NCBI GenBank assembly: GCA_026393755.1
Contig: JAPKZO010000040.1
Coordinates: 231,968 to 295,967, forward strand
Length of the DNA: 64,000 nt
DNA from: Acidobacteriota bacterium
GTDB taxonomy: Bacteria; Acidobacteriota; Vicinamibacteria; Vicinamibacterales; JAKQTR01
Reading direction: 5' to 3'
The notes beneath the pieces are model-generated. The model was not told the origin of the DNA, searched no databases, and was given only the letters and a program-made list of their open reading frames with translations. Below, in pieces: positions 10,979 to 18,901 of this stretch. Made by a program: the position numbers and the translations under genes. The number at the start of each line of letters is the position of its first letter. The first letter of the stretch is position 1.

Positions 10979-11800
10979 ATGCGGACCGCGATCACCCCAC
11001 TCCACTTTCGTCACCCGCGGTCGTTGCGCGACGCGCTGCGGCTGCTGCGCGCTGAAGGGCCGCTGGTCCCACTGGCCGGGTGCACGGATGTCTATGTCGG
11101 CCTGAATTTCGGATCGCTGGCCGACACGCGCTTCCTGAACATCTGGCACCTGGATGAGTTGCGCGGCATCGAGCGGCGCAAGGGTGTGCTGCGCATCGGG
11201 GCACTGACGACGTACACCGAGATCATCGCGTCGCCCGTCGTCGGTCGGCATCTCCCGATGATCGTCTCGGCCGCACGCGAAATCGGAGCGGTTCAGATTC
11301 AGAACCGCGGCACCATCGGCGGCAATATCAGCAACGGTTCGCCCGCGGGAGATACGCTGCCTGTGCTGGCCGCCTCGGATGCGCTGGTGGAACTGCAGAG
11401 CCTCGACCGGGTCCGCACGGTGCCGTTCGCCGCGTTCTACACCGGCTACCGCAAGAACGTGATGCAGCCAGACGAACTCATCACGGCCGTCGAAATCCCG
11501 GCGGTCGACGGCGTGCAGTACTTTCGGAAAGTGGGAACGCGGGCGGCGCAATCGATCTCGAAGGTCGTGATGGCCGGCGTCCGCGCGGCCCAGCCACGCA
11601 TCAGTTTCGGCAGCGTCGCACCTACCGTCATCCGCGTCCCGCGGACCGAAGCGGCGCTCGCGTCCGGCGCCTCGATGCGCGACGCCCAGCGCATCCTGCA
11701 GACCGAGATCGCGCCGATTGACGATCTCCGCTCGACGGCGGCCTACCGTCGTCTGGTTGCCGCGAACCTGCTGGCCGACTTCTGGGTTACGACGGCCTGA
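10979..11800 (+). CDS. FAD-binding (medium) subunit of the xdh-family enzyme
   Basis: LAGCTDVYVGLNFG, QIQNRGTIGGNISNGSPAGD and AYRRLVAANLL motifs (CoxM/XdhB-like). Start moved to ATG 10979, because the track start 10928 is the ATG inside the type-B palindrome. Confidence 0.9.
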   Translation: MRTAITPLHFRHPRSLRDALRLLRAEGPLVPLAGCTDVYVGLNFGSLADTRFLNIWHLDELRGIERRKGVLRIGALTTYTEIIASPVVGRHLPMIVSAAREIGAVQIQNRGTIGGNISNGSPAGDTLPVLAASDALVELQSLDRVRTVPFAAFYTGYRKNVMQPDELITAVEIPAVDGVQYFRKVGTRAAQSISKVVMAGVRAAQPRISFGSVAPTVIRVPRTEAALASGASMRDAQRILQTEIAPIDDLRSTAAYRRLVAANLLADFWVTTA

Positions 11801-11824
11801 TCTGTGCCCCCGGGCGATCCGTCA

Positions 11825-11868
11825 CCCCGGCGAAAGCCGGGGTCCCCAACGCGGCAGCCGCGTTGGGG
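11825..11868. terminator. two adjacent GC hairpins between convergent genes (candidate bidirectional terminator)
   Basis: CCCCGGC-GAAA-GCCGGGG (11825-11842) followed by CCCCAACGCGG-CAG-CCGCGTTGGGG (11844-11868, 11-bp stem). No U-tract is present. Confidence 0.45.
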
Positions 11869-11899
11869 TGGCAACCGGGGTCCAGCCGTGGATCGGCCC

Positions 11900-12706
11900 C
11901 TACCTCCCCTGCGCGGCCAGTTTCTCGCGGGCCTTCGCGACGTCGCGGTGAAACACGAACAGCGTGTCGGCGTTCTCCGACTTGTCCGTGAAGTTCCAGG
12001 TCTTGCCGCCGCGCTGCTTCACCTTGAGTTCCTTCTTCAGGTAATCGATTTCGAACACCTCGAGATCGCGCAACGGAAATGCGAAGGCGTCCTTCTTGTT
12101 CTCGGTCTGGTAGCTGATGCCGGCCGGCGTGGCGATCAATGTCCCCGCGCACGACCCGATGCCGTGTTTGTGGATGGCGGCCAACTGGACGTTGAGGCGC
12201 ACCTCGCGGAACTTCAACGCGATCGTGGTCTCGCCGGCCCCATCTATTTCGATGCCCTGCACCAGGCCGTCCTCGCCTGATGCCGACGCATTGAGCTGGT
12301 GGACACCGGCCGTCACCTCAGTCGAGCGGAGCGGCGTGGTTCCGAGGTACTTGCGATCGACGAAGACCGACGCGCCCGGCACATCGCTCTCGACGACCAG
12401 CACCGGACCAATCCGCGCCGACGGCGCGGGCGCCGCAACCACGGGCTTCGCCCTGTTCGGTGCCGGCCTGGGCGCGGCCTTCGACTCTCCGATCGCCGGG
12501 TCTGTTTCGACCGCCTTCGGGATCGACCGGGGGGCCGGTCCACTCCGTAATGACAGCGCGGCCCCGTTCGGCGCGGGCTTCACCGGCATCATCATTGTCA
12601 CGCCGAAGTACGCCGCCACCAGCAGTGCGACGGCTCCCGCCCCGAGCGCCAGCACGCGGCCCATGCCACCCCGTCCGGATTCCTGCTCGTGGTCAAACAC
12701 CGGCAT
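11900..12706 (-). CDS. PEGA domain-containing membrane-anchored protein
   Basis: ATG 12706 with AGGAGGAG SD 7 nt upstream. One TM helix (VLALGAGAVALLVAAYFGV), a Pro/Ala linker, a PEGA-like segment (VVESDVPGASVFVDRKYLGTTPL), then a C-terminal domain. Confidence 0.75.
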   Translation of the reverse strand: MPVFDHEQESGRGGMGRVLALGAGAVALLVAAYFGVTMMMPVKPAPNGAALSLRSGPAPRSIPKAVETDPAIGESKAAPRPAPNRAKPVVAAPAPSARIGPVLVVESDVPGASVFVDRKYLGTTPLRSTEVTAGVHQLNASASGEDGLVQGIEIDGAGETTIALKFREVRLNVQLAAIHKHGIGSCAGTLIATPAGISYQTENKKDAFAFPLRDLEVFEIDYLKKELKVKQRGGKTWNFTDKSENADTLFVFHRDVAKAREKLAAQGR

Positions 12707-12761
12707 GCGCCGACTCCTCCTGCATCCAAGTATAGGATGGCAGGCTGCGCCGTGGCACACG

Positions 12762-13499
12762 CTACTTCAGTTTGAAGGTCACGGTCACCGTCATGATGAC
12801 GGCCACAGGCACCCCATTGAACAATGTCGGGGTGTAGATCCACTGCAAGACGGCGTCGAGCGCGGCGCGATCGAGCATCGGGATCGATCTCAGGATGCGA
12901 GCATCGCTTACCCGGCCATCCGGTCCAATGACCGCCTCAACAATCACCGTGCCGCCGACCTTGGCGACCGTGGCAAAATACGGGTAGATCGGCAGCGCGT
13001 CCTTGATCTTGGTCGGCGGCGTGACGCCGCTCCACAGGCGCATGGGCCCGGTTGGGGCGGCTGGCACCGGAGGTGAGGGCGGCCCATTCAGTCCACTGAC
13101 GATCGGGCCGGCACCGCCTCCCGGCAAACCACCCTCGACACCGGACGCGATGACCGGTCCCGGATCGTGCTCGATGCCGGAATCCGGCTTGATCCCCGCG
13201 GGGGCGTCCACGGGGGCGGCCTCAGCATGAGCGGCTGGCACGGTGGGGGCCGCCGCTGCGGCGTGCGCCGGTTGCGGCGCGAGCGGCGTCGCGGGCGGAA
13301 GCGCTGGCGGAGGTGCCGGGGCGACAAACGCCAGCATCACGGGCATGGCCGGCAGCAGGTCCGAGCCCACCATCGACATCGTGATGACGACCGCGACGAG
13401 CACGGCGTGGACGCCCATCGAAATCGGCATCGTGCGCGACTTCCGGCTGCGGATGGCCACAGGGGCGCTGACGAAATCCTCGAACAGCTCGTGTGACAT
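12762..13499 (-). CDS. energy transducer TonB family protein
   Basis: ATG 13499 with GGGAGG SD. N-terminal TM helix, Pro/Ala-rich spacer, and a TonB C-terminal domain (YPYFATVAKVGGTVIVEAVIGPDGRVSDARILRSIPMLDRAALDAVLQWIYTP). Confidence 0.9.
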   Translation of the reverse strand: MSHELFEDFVSAPVAIRSRKSRTMPISMGVHAVLVAVVITMSMVGSDLLPAMPVMLAFVAPAPPPALPPATPLAPQPAHAAAAAPTVPAAHAEAAPVDAPAGIKPDSGIEHDPGPVIASGVEGGLPGGGAGPIVSGLNGPPSPPVPAAPTGPMRLWSGVTPPTKIKDALPIYPYFATVAKVGGTVIVEAVIGPDGRVSDARILRSIPMLDRAALDAVLQWIYTPTLFNGVPVAVIMTVTVTFKLK

Positions 13500-13628
13500 A
13501 CGACCTCCCGGGGATGCATGAAGCACTCCGTCAGGCAGCCGGCTCTGGCCAGAGGTCGTCGCCTGCTTGCTTAGACTCCGGGCGAGGCATTAAGGGTCCG
13601 GCGGGAGCCGAGGTGCTTCGGGAGGGTC

Positions 13629-13706
13629 CTATCGGCGGATGAAAACGACGGCCAGCGCCAACAATACGACGAGCACGACCATGACGGCCACGATCGGGGC
13701 GTTCAT
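13629..13706 (-). CDS. possible 25-aa hydrophobic mini-protein (speculative)
   Basis: ATG..TAG encodes MNAPIVAVMVVLVVLLALAVVFIRR, one TM-like helix with a basic end. Located 130 nt upstream of tonB on the same strand. No convincing SD. Too short for the ORF track. Confidence 0.2.
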   Translation of the reverse strand: MNAPIVAVMVVLVVLLALAVVFIRR

Positions 13707-13852
13707 GATCGCGTCCGGCCCCGATCGGGCTCCTGGGGATCAGTGCGCATCATCGTCAACCACGTGCTGCGTGGGGTCAGACCCCACGGGGCAGCAAGAT
13801 CCAGTCTGATGGAGAATGTTGCGTTTCGGATCTGACCCCACCACATCTCCCC

Positions 13853-15397
13853 TCATGACGCCCTGTTGGACGACCGCAGCACGCTGTGGCGCACGCCGTA
13901 CGCGAAGTAGATCACCAATCCGATCGCCAGCCACACGAAGAACCGCACCCACGTGACCAGGGGCAGCTGGAACATCAAGTACGTGCACATCACCACCGCC
14001 ATCAGTGGCACAAACGGCACAAACGGCGTCCGGAATGGCCTGTGCCGATCCGGATTCGTGCGCCGCAGGATGATGATGCCGATGGCCACCAGCACAAACG
14101 CGAACAGCGTGCCGATGTTGGTGAGCTCCACGACTTCGTTGATGTTCATGAAGCTGGCAAACGTCGCCACGACCAGCCCGGTGATCATCGTGGTGATGTG
14201 CGGCGTACGGTACTTCGGGTGAATCTTGGCCGCCCACGCAGGAAGCAGACCGTCACGCGCCATCGAGAAGAAGATGCGCGGCTGCCCGAGCTGAAACACG
14301 ACGAGCACGCTGGTGGTCGCGAACACGGCGCCCAGCGAGATGATGCCGGCGGCCCACGTCATCCCGAGTGACGAGAAGGCCGTGGCGAGCGGCTCGGCCG
14401 TGCCGAGCTGATCCCACTTGAGCAATCCGGTCAGCACCAGCGCCACCAGGATGTAGATGACCGTGCAGATCACCAGACTGGCGATCATCGCAATCGGCAT
14501 GTCGCGCTGCGGGTTCCTTGCCTCTTCGGAGGCGGTCGACACGGCGTCGAACCCGATATAGGCGAAGAAGATGATGGCGGCCGCGCTCGAGATGCCCTTG
14601 AACCCGTTCGGCGCAAACGGGGTCCAGTGCTCTGGCTTCACGTAGAAGGCGCCGACGATGATGAAGAACGCGATGATGAGCAGCTTGAGACCGACCATCG
14701 CCGAATTCAGCCACGCGCTCTCACTGATGCCCCTCACGAGCACCCACGTGATGAACGCGACGATCAGAAACGCCGGAAGATCGAGAATGATTGGCACGCC
14801 CGCGATTCGCGGCGCCGCGTTGAACGCGTCGGCCGCCCGCATCACGACGGGACCAAGCGCCCCGACGTCGCCGTGTGCGGCCACGGTCGCCGCCAACTGC
14901 GTGGCCGCCTGGCCGGCTGATCGGAAATCCGTGCCCAGCCATCGCGGCCAGTCCATGCCCAGACCGCGAAGCAGTTCCTGGAAGTAGCCGGACCACGATA
15001 CCGCGACCGCCACGTTCCCGACGGCGTACTCGAGGATCAGATCCCAGCCAATCACCCAGGCGATCAGTTCACCGAGCGTGGCATACGCGTAGGTGTAGGC
15101 GGACCCCGACACGGGCACCATCGCCGCGAACTCGCAGTAGCAAAGCGCCGCGAAGCCGCACGCGACGGCCGTCAGCACGAAGGAAAGAACGACGGCCGGG
15201 CCCGCGCCCAGATGCTGCGCTCCTCCTGCGGCGGCTGATCCGACCGACGAGAAGATGCCGGCCCCGATGATGGCGCCGATCCCCAGTGCGGTCAGTTGGA
15301 CCGGCCCAAGCGTTCGCTTGAGTTGGCGCGTGGGATCTTCGGTATCTCGAGTCAGACGATCCAGGGACTTGACGGCGGTGAGTTGTTTGAAGGACAT
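13853..15397 (-). CDS. amino acid permease (APC superfamily, cationic amino-acid transporter-like)
   Basis: 514 aa, polytopic. LKRTLGPVQLTALGIGAIIGAGIFSSVG signature and FAYIGFDAVSTASEEARNPQRDMP motif. Confidence 0.93.
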   Translation of the reverse strand: MSFKQLTAVKSLDRLTRDTEDPTRQLKRTLGPVQLTALGIGAIIGAGIFSSVGSAAAGGAQHLGAGPAVVLSFVLTAVACGFAALCYCEFAAMVPVSGSAYTYAYATLGELIAWVIGWDLILEYAVGNVAVAVSWSGYFQELLRGLGMDWPRWLGTDFRSAGQAATQLAATVAAHGDVGALGPVVMRAADAFNAAPRIAGVPIILDLPAFLIVAFITWVLVRGISESAWLNSAMVGLKLLIIAFFIIVGAFYVKPEHWTPFAPNGFKGISSAAAIIFFAYIGFDAVSTASEEARNPQRDMPIAMIASLVICTVIYILVALVLTGLLKWDQLGTAEPLATAFSSLGMTWAAGIISLGAVFATTSVLVVFQLGQPRIFFSMARDGLLPAWAAKIHPKYRTPHITTMITGLVVATFASFMNINEVVELTNIGTLFAFVLVAIGIIILRRTNPDRHRPFRTPFVPFVPLMAVVMCTYLMFQLPLVTWVRFFVWLAIGLVIYFAYGVRHSVLRSSNRAS

Positions 15398-15407
15398 AGG
15401 GGAAGAG

Positions 15408-15443
15408 GTAGTCAGTAGTCAGTAGTCGGTAGTCATGTAGTCT
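15408..15443. repeat. tandem heptanucleotide array 1: (GTAGTCR) x5
   Basis: GTAGTCA GTAGTCA GTAGTCG GTAGTCA t GTAGTCT. Starts 10 nt upstream of the permease ATG. Confidence 0.9.
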
Positions 15444-15447
15444 AGAC

Positions 15448-15475
15448 GGGATTCGGGATTCGGGATTCAGGATTC
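15448..15475. repeat. tandem heptanucleotide array 2: (GGGATTC) x4
   Basis: GGGATTC GGGATTC GGGATTC AGGATTC, 4 nt after array 1. Confidence 0.9.
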
Positions 15476-15488
15476 GCCAGAGAAACCC

Positions 15489-15512
15489 GTAGGGGTGCGA
15501 TTCATCGCGCCC
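15489..15512. repeat. GC-rich hairpin repeat, type A, second copy (GTAGGGGTGCGATTCATCGCGCCC)
   Basis: 23/24 identical to 10331-10354. Lies 14 nt downstream of the stop of the 15526-16548 gene (minus strand). Confidence 0.8.
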
Positions 15513-15516
15513 GATT

Positions 15517-15537
15517 CCCCGGGCCTCATGCCCGGGG
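15517..15537. terminator. hairpin CCCCGGGC-CTCAT-GCCCGGGG spanning the stop codon of the upstream minus-strand gene
   Basis: 8-bp GC stem. The loop contains the TGA (15526-15528) of the IPT/propeller gene. Together with the type-A hairpin it could terminate that gene. Confidence 0.4.
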
Positions 15538-16548
15538 GATCCAGGGCCGCACCGGCGCGTTCAGCCTGTAGACCGTGTCACCGGACGCCACCACCAACCC
15601 GCCGCGCGGGTCAAAGGCCACGCCGACCAGCGACGATGCCGCCATCCTGAGTTCACGTGGACGGCCCTCGCGAACCAGGTACAGGCCCGCGCCGCCAGCC
15701 ACGGCTTCCGTCACCCACAGTTGGCCTTCCGCATCACAGGCCAGACCCTGGGGACGCCCGAACTCGGTGGACACGACCTTCACCTCGCCCAACCGGCTGA
15801 TCCGGTAGACGCGGTCACACGGGTCAAGCGTTGGCGCCGCAACAAACAAGTCGTCCTCTGGCCCGATGGCGAGATGGTACGCCACGATACTGGGCGGAAG
15901 CGTCACAAACGGCACCACTCTACCAGTCTGTCCAATCCGGAAGATCGTGCCGCCGCGGTCGCCGACAAACAGCGTCCCGTCCGATCCGAAGGCGATCCCG
16001 CATGCGACGCCAAGTTCGCTGGCGACCACCTCGAGCGTGTCGTCGGGCATGACGCGGTAGACCGTGCCATCGAAGCGGCTGGAGATGTGCAGCGTTCCAC
16101 GGGCGTCAAAGGCCATGGACGTGGCGTTGACGATGCCGCTGAGGTACGGCTCCTGGACACCGCCGGTGCCGACGCGGACGACCGACACCGGGACTTCCTG
16201 ACCGCGCCGCCCGCTGCACGTCGCGTACAGCGTGCCAGAGGAAGCGATCGCGGGATTGTCGACCTGATGAATCTCTTTCGCGACGACTGTCCCAATCTCG
16301 AGTTCCGCGTGGCCGGCCGCTCCGTCGACGGTCACAACGGCGCGGCCTCCTGGTGCGCGATCCGGGACGATCACGCCGAGCCGACTGGACCCCGCGACCA
16401 CGACGTGCGCATCGAGTCCGGCCACATGGACGGCCGGCAGGCGCTCACCGGACACAGGAAAGACCTTCCCGCGAACGGTTATCCGCGCACCGGGCACAGC
16501 CCAGACAGGCTCGACCGACGTCACGCAGCAGTCGGGAATCTCAGACAC
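15526..16548 (-). CDS. IPT/TIG domain plus six-bladed beta-propeller (NHL / SMP-30-gluconolactonase-like) protein
   Basis: 340 aa, GTG start. N-terminal Ig-like segment (ARITVRGKVFP..VVTVDG), then repeated blade-like units (GIAFGSDGTLFVGD, PQGLACDAEGQLWVTE, VGVAFDPRGGLVVAS). Confidence 0.7.
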   Translation of the reverse strand: MSEIPDCCVTSVEPVWAVPGARITVRGKVFPVSGERLPAVHVAGLDAHVVVAGSSRLGVIVPDRAPGGRAVVTVDGAAGHAELEIGTVVAKEIHQVDNPAIASSGTLYATCSGRRGQEVPVSVVRVGTGGVQEPYLSGIVNATSMAFDARGTLHISSRFDGTVYRVMPDDTLEVVASELGVACGIAFGSDGTLFVGDRGGTIFRIGQTGRVVPFVTLPPSIVAYHLAIGPEDDLFVAAPTLDPCDRVYRISRLGEVKVVSTEFGRPQGLACDAEGQLWVTEAVAGGAGLYLVREGRPRELRMAASSLVGVAFDPRGGLVVASGDTVYRLNAPVRPWIPRA

Positions 16549-16624
16549 GGGGGGCAGGATCGCTCACGGGCGAGGCCGTCCGGGCGTGCAGGCGACGACA
16601 AATGTCCATGTTCACCGCACCCAC

Positions 16625-17158
16625 CTAGTCGTCCTCGAGTTCAACGTTCCAATACAGGTAGTCGCGCCAGCTTTCTGGCGCCTGGCGGATCCCGATGGTA
16701 ATTCGCAGTGCGGGTACCGACTCAGGCCGTTTGGGCGACCGGACCAGGTGCATCCGGGCCTCGGCCGGGGTGCGCCCGCCCTTCCGCCGGTTGCACGACA
16801 CGCAGCAGGTGACGATGTTCTCCCAGGCCTTTCGGCCGCCGTGGGACACCGGCACCACGTGGTCGAACGTCAGTTCGCTGGTGGACATCCGGTGGCCGCA
16901 GTACTGGCACGTGTGCTCATCGCGGGCGTAGATATTCGCCCGCGAAAACGGCACGTAATCGAAACGGTGCTTGATCCTGACGTAGCGCAGCAGCCGGATG
17001 ACCGATGGAAGACGGAACGTGATCGAGACGCTGTGAATCTCGCGGTCATAGACCGAGATCACCTCAACCTTGCCCTGACACCACAGCGTCATGGCTTTGC
17101 GCCAATGAACCACCTTCAATGGCTCGTACGAAGCGTTGAGGAGGAGCGTCTGCTCCAT
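16625..17158 (-). CDS. HNH endonuclease
   Basis: Start set at ATG 17158 (MEQTLLLNASYEPL). HNH core CQYCG..LTFDHVVPVSHGG..WENIVTCCVSCNRRKG. The upstream 91 codons of the track ORF are Arg/Pro-rich. Confidence 0.9.
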   Translation of the reverse strand: MEQTLLLNASYEPLKVVHWRKAMTLWCQGKVEVISVYDREIHSVSITFRLPSVIRLLRYVRIKHRFDYVPFSRANIYARDEHTCQYCGHRMSTSELTFDHVVPVSHGGRKAWENIVTCCVSCNRRKGGRTPAEARMHLVRSPKRPESVPALRITIGIRQAPESWRDYLYWNVELEDD

Positions 17159-17261
17159 GAGGGCATTGTGCAGAACGGCGACGGTGAGTGTCAAGGCGTC
17201 CAACGGCGTCCGACAGGCGCCATAGGCGGCCGCAACGCGCCGTCCCGCGCCTCCCCGCAGC

Positions 17262-17290
17262 TTGAAGACTCCAGCCGAATGTCGTACACT
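17262..17290 (+). promoter_or_regulatory. sigma70-type promoter candidate TTGAAG-N17-TACACT
   Basis: -35 at 17262-17267, -10 at 17285-17290, exact 17-nt spacer. 32 nt upstream of ATG 17323, with GGAG at 17313-17316. Confidence 0.45.
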
Positions 17291-17322
17291 AAGGCACTTG
17301 CACACAGACCCCGGAGCCGGAT

Positions 17323-18255
17323 ATGAGCGCGCACGCGTGGGCGGTCGTATTGGCGGGTGGCGACGGACAGCGTGTGGCTTCTCTGACGACCGGCTATGAC
17401 GGCCGGTTGATTCCCAAACAGTACTGGTCATTTGCCGGCGGCGAATCGATGATTCGCTGGGCGTTCGCCCGGGCCCTTGGCGTGGTGCCTCGCCAGCGCG
17501 TCCTGTTCGTGGTCGCCGAGCAGCACCGGCGCTACTGGGAACGGGATCTGGCCGACGTGCCGCCCGACAATCTCATCGTTCAACCGAGGAATTGCGGCAC
17601 TGCGGCTGGCGTGCTGCTGGCCGCGGTCGACGTGTTGTTCCATCGCGATCCGAAGGCCAGACTGCTGTTGCTGCCATCGGACCACTACGTCGCCAACGAG
17701 CCCGTCCTGCGTGATGCGCTGCTCGAGACACTGAGGACTCGGGGGAGCAGTCATCGCCGCATTCTGCTGCTGGGCATGATCCCGGAGCAGTGTGATCCGG
17801 ACTACGGCTGGATTCTGCCGGCCGGGGACGGCGCCATCGCCGGCGTGGCGCACTTCGTCGAGAAGCCGAATCTGGACGGCGCGCTCGCGTTGATGCGGCG
17901 TGGCGCCCTGGTCAACAGCTTCATGATCGTCGCTCGGGCGAGCGCGTTGCTCCGAGCCTGCCAGCAGTCGGTACCCGATCTGGTCCGGTCGTTTGTCGCG
18001 AGGGAGGAAGCCGGAACTGCGGCCGTGAGCCTGAGTGATTTCTACGCCGACCTGCCAAGCGCAGACCTGTCGCGAGACGTCCTGACGAAATCGGCCTCGA
18101 GCCTGGCGGTGGTTCGCGTCCCCCCGTGCGGATGGAGCGATCTGGGCACGCCCGCTCGCGTCTCCGCGTACCAGAGCCGGCACCTCCGGACGGCACGACG
18201 TCCGGCTGACACCTCGTGCCGGACGCTGGACGCCAATCTCGGTGCGACCGCCTGA
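17323..18255 (+). CDS. sugar-phosphate nucleotidyltransferase (mannose-1-phosphate guanylyltransferase-like)
   Basis: The N-terminal AVVLAGGDGQRV pyrophosphorylase loop, LLLPSDHYV and EKPN motifs resemble ManC/NTP_transferase family proteins. Confidence 0.75.
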   Translation: MSAHAWAVVLAGGDGQRVASLTTGYDGRLIPKQYWSFAGGESMIRWAFARALGVVPRQRVLFVVAEQHRRYWERDLADVPPDNLIVQPRNCGTAAGVLLAAVDVLFHRDPKARLLLLPSDHYVANEPVLRDALLETLRTRGSSHRRILLLGMIPEQCDPDYGWILPAGDGAIAGVAHFVEKPNLDGALALMRRGALVNSFMIVARASALLRACQQSVPDLVRSFVAREEAGTAAVSLSDFYADLPSADLSRDVLTKSASSLAVVRVPPCGWSDLGTPARVSAYQSRHLRTARRPADTSCRTLDANLGATA

Positions 18256-18307
18256 TCGGTGTGAACGACTGAACTTTATCCCCCATTCGACCGATAGAGC
18301 ATCCAAG

Positions 18308-18871
18308 ATGCCTCTCCCCCGCGCCTGCGCACCACTGCTCCTGTTCGGGTTGTGCGCGTTCCTGTTGACCGGGTGCGCCGCCAGCCGGGGACCCACGCTC
18401 CACGTGCTTCCGCCCCGCCCCTCGCTGGTTGAGCCGCCATCGGATTCGGCTGTGCTTCTGCCTCGTTCGTCGTCGGTCGCGCCGTTACTGGACTCGGGCG
18501 TGGTGCGCACCGCGCTCGGATATCTCGGCACGCCGTACGTGCTCGGAGGCACGACGCCGACCGGGTTCGACTGCAGCGGGTTTGTCAGGTACGTCTACCA
18601 TCTGAACGGCGTGGAATTGCCGCGCAATGTAGCCACCCAGGCGAGCATGGGCCAACCCGTCGAGCGGGAGGACATCCGGCCGGGTGATCTCGTGTTCTTC
18701 AGCACCACCGGGCCCGGTCTGACGCATGTTGGCATTGCGACGAGCCGCGATGCATTCGTGCACGCGCCGAATTCGAGGGGCGTGGTCCGCGTCGAGCCAT
18801 TGACGTCGCCGTACTGGTCCCAGCATTACGCCGGCGCCAGGCGGCTCGGTTCGTCCAGACCCGCGCCCTGA
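18308..18871 (+). CDS. NlpC/P60 (C40) peptidoglycan endopeptidase lipoprotein
   Basis: Lipoprotein signal MPLPRACAPLLLFGLCAFLLTGC. Catalytic core GTPYVLGGTTPTGFDCSGFV..GDLVFF..LTHVGIA. Confidence 0.9.
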   Translation: MPLPRACAPLLLFGLCAFLLTGCAASRGPTLHVLPPRPSLVEPPSDSAVLLPRSSSVAPLLDSGVVRTALGYLGTPYVLGGTTPTGFDCSGFVRYVYHLNGVELPRNVATQASMGQPVEREDIRPGDLVFFSTTGPGLTHVGIATSRDAFVHAPNSRGVVRVEPLTSPYWSQHYAGARRLGSSRPAP

Positions 18872-18901
18872 CAAGCCACGCGGGTTCAGCCGAACCCGCT
18901 C

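Noticed and set aside
8200-11800. The L-S-M molybdoenzyme as an aerobic CO dehydrogenase.
   Set aside because: The active-site loop region reads NGAFRGFGAPQ, which is xanthine dehydrogenase/aldehyde oxidase-like. I did not see a CoxL-type AYRCSFR or AYRGAGR signature. No coxDEFG accessory genes are adjacent. Substrate left unassigned.
15408-15475. The heptamer arrays as a CRISPR array or minisatellite-encoded peptide.
   Set aside because: The units are 7 nt with no spacers, there are no cas genes, and there is no open reading frame through them (TAG appears in every GTAGTCA unit). They are kept as a regulatory or simple-sequence finding instead.
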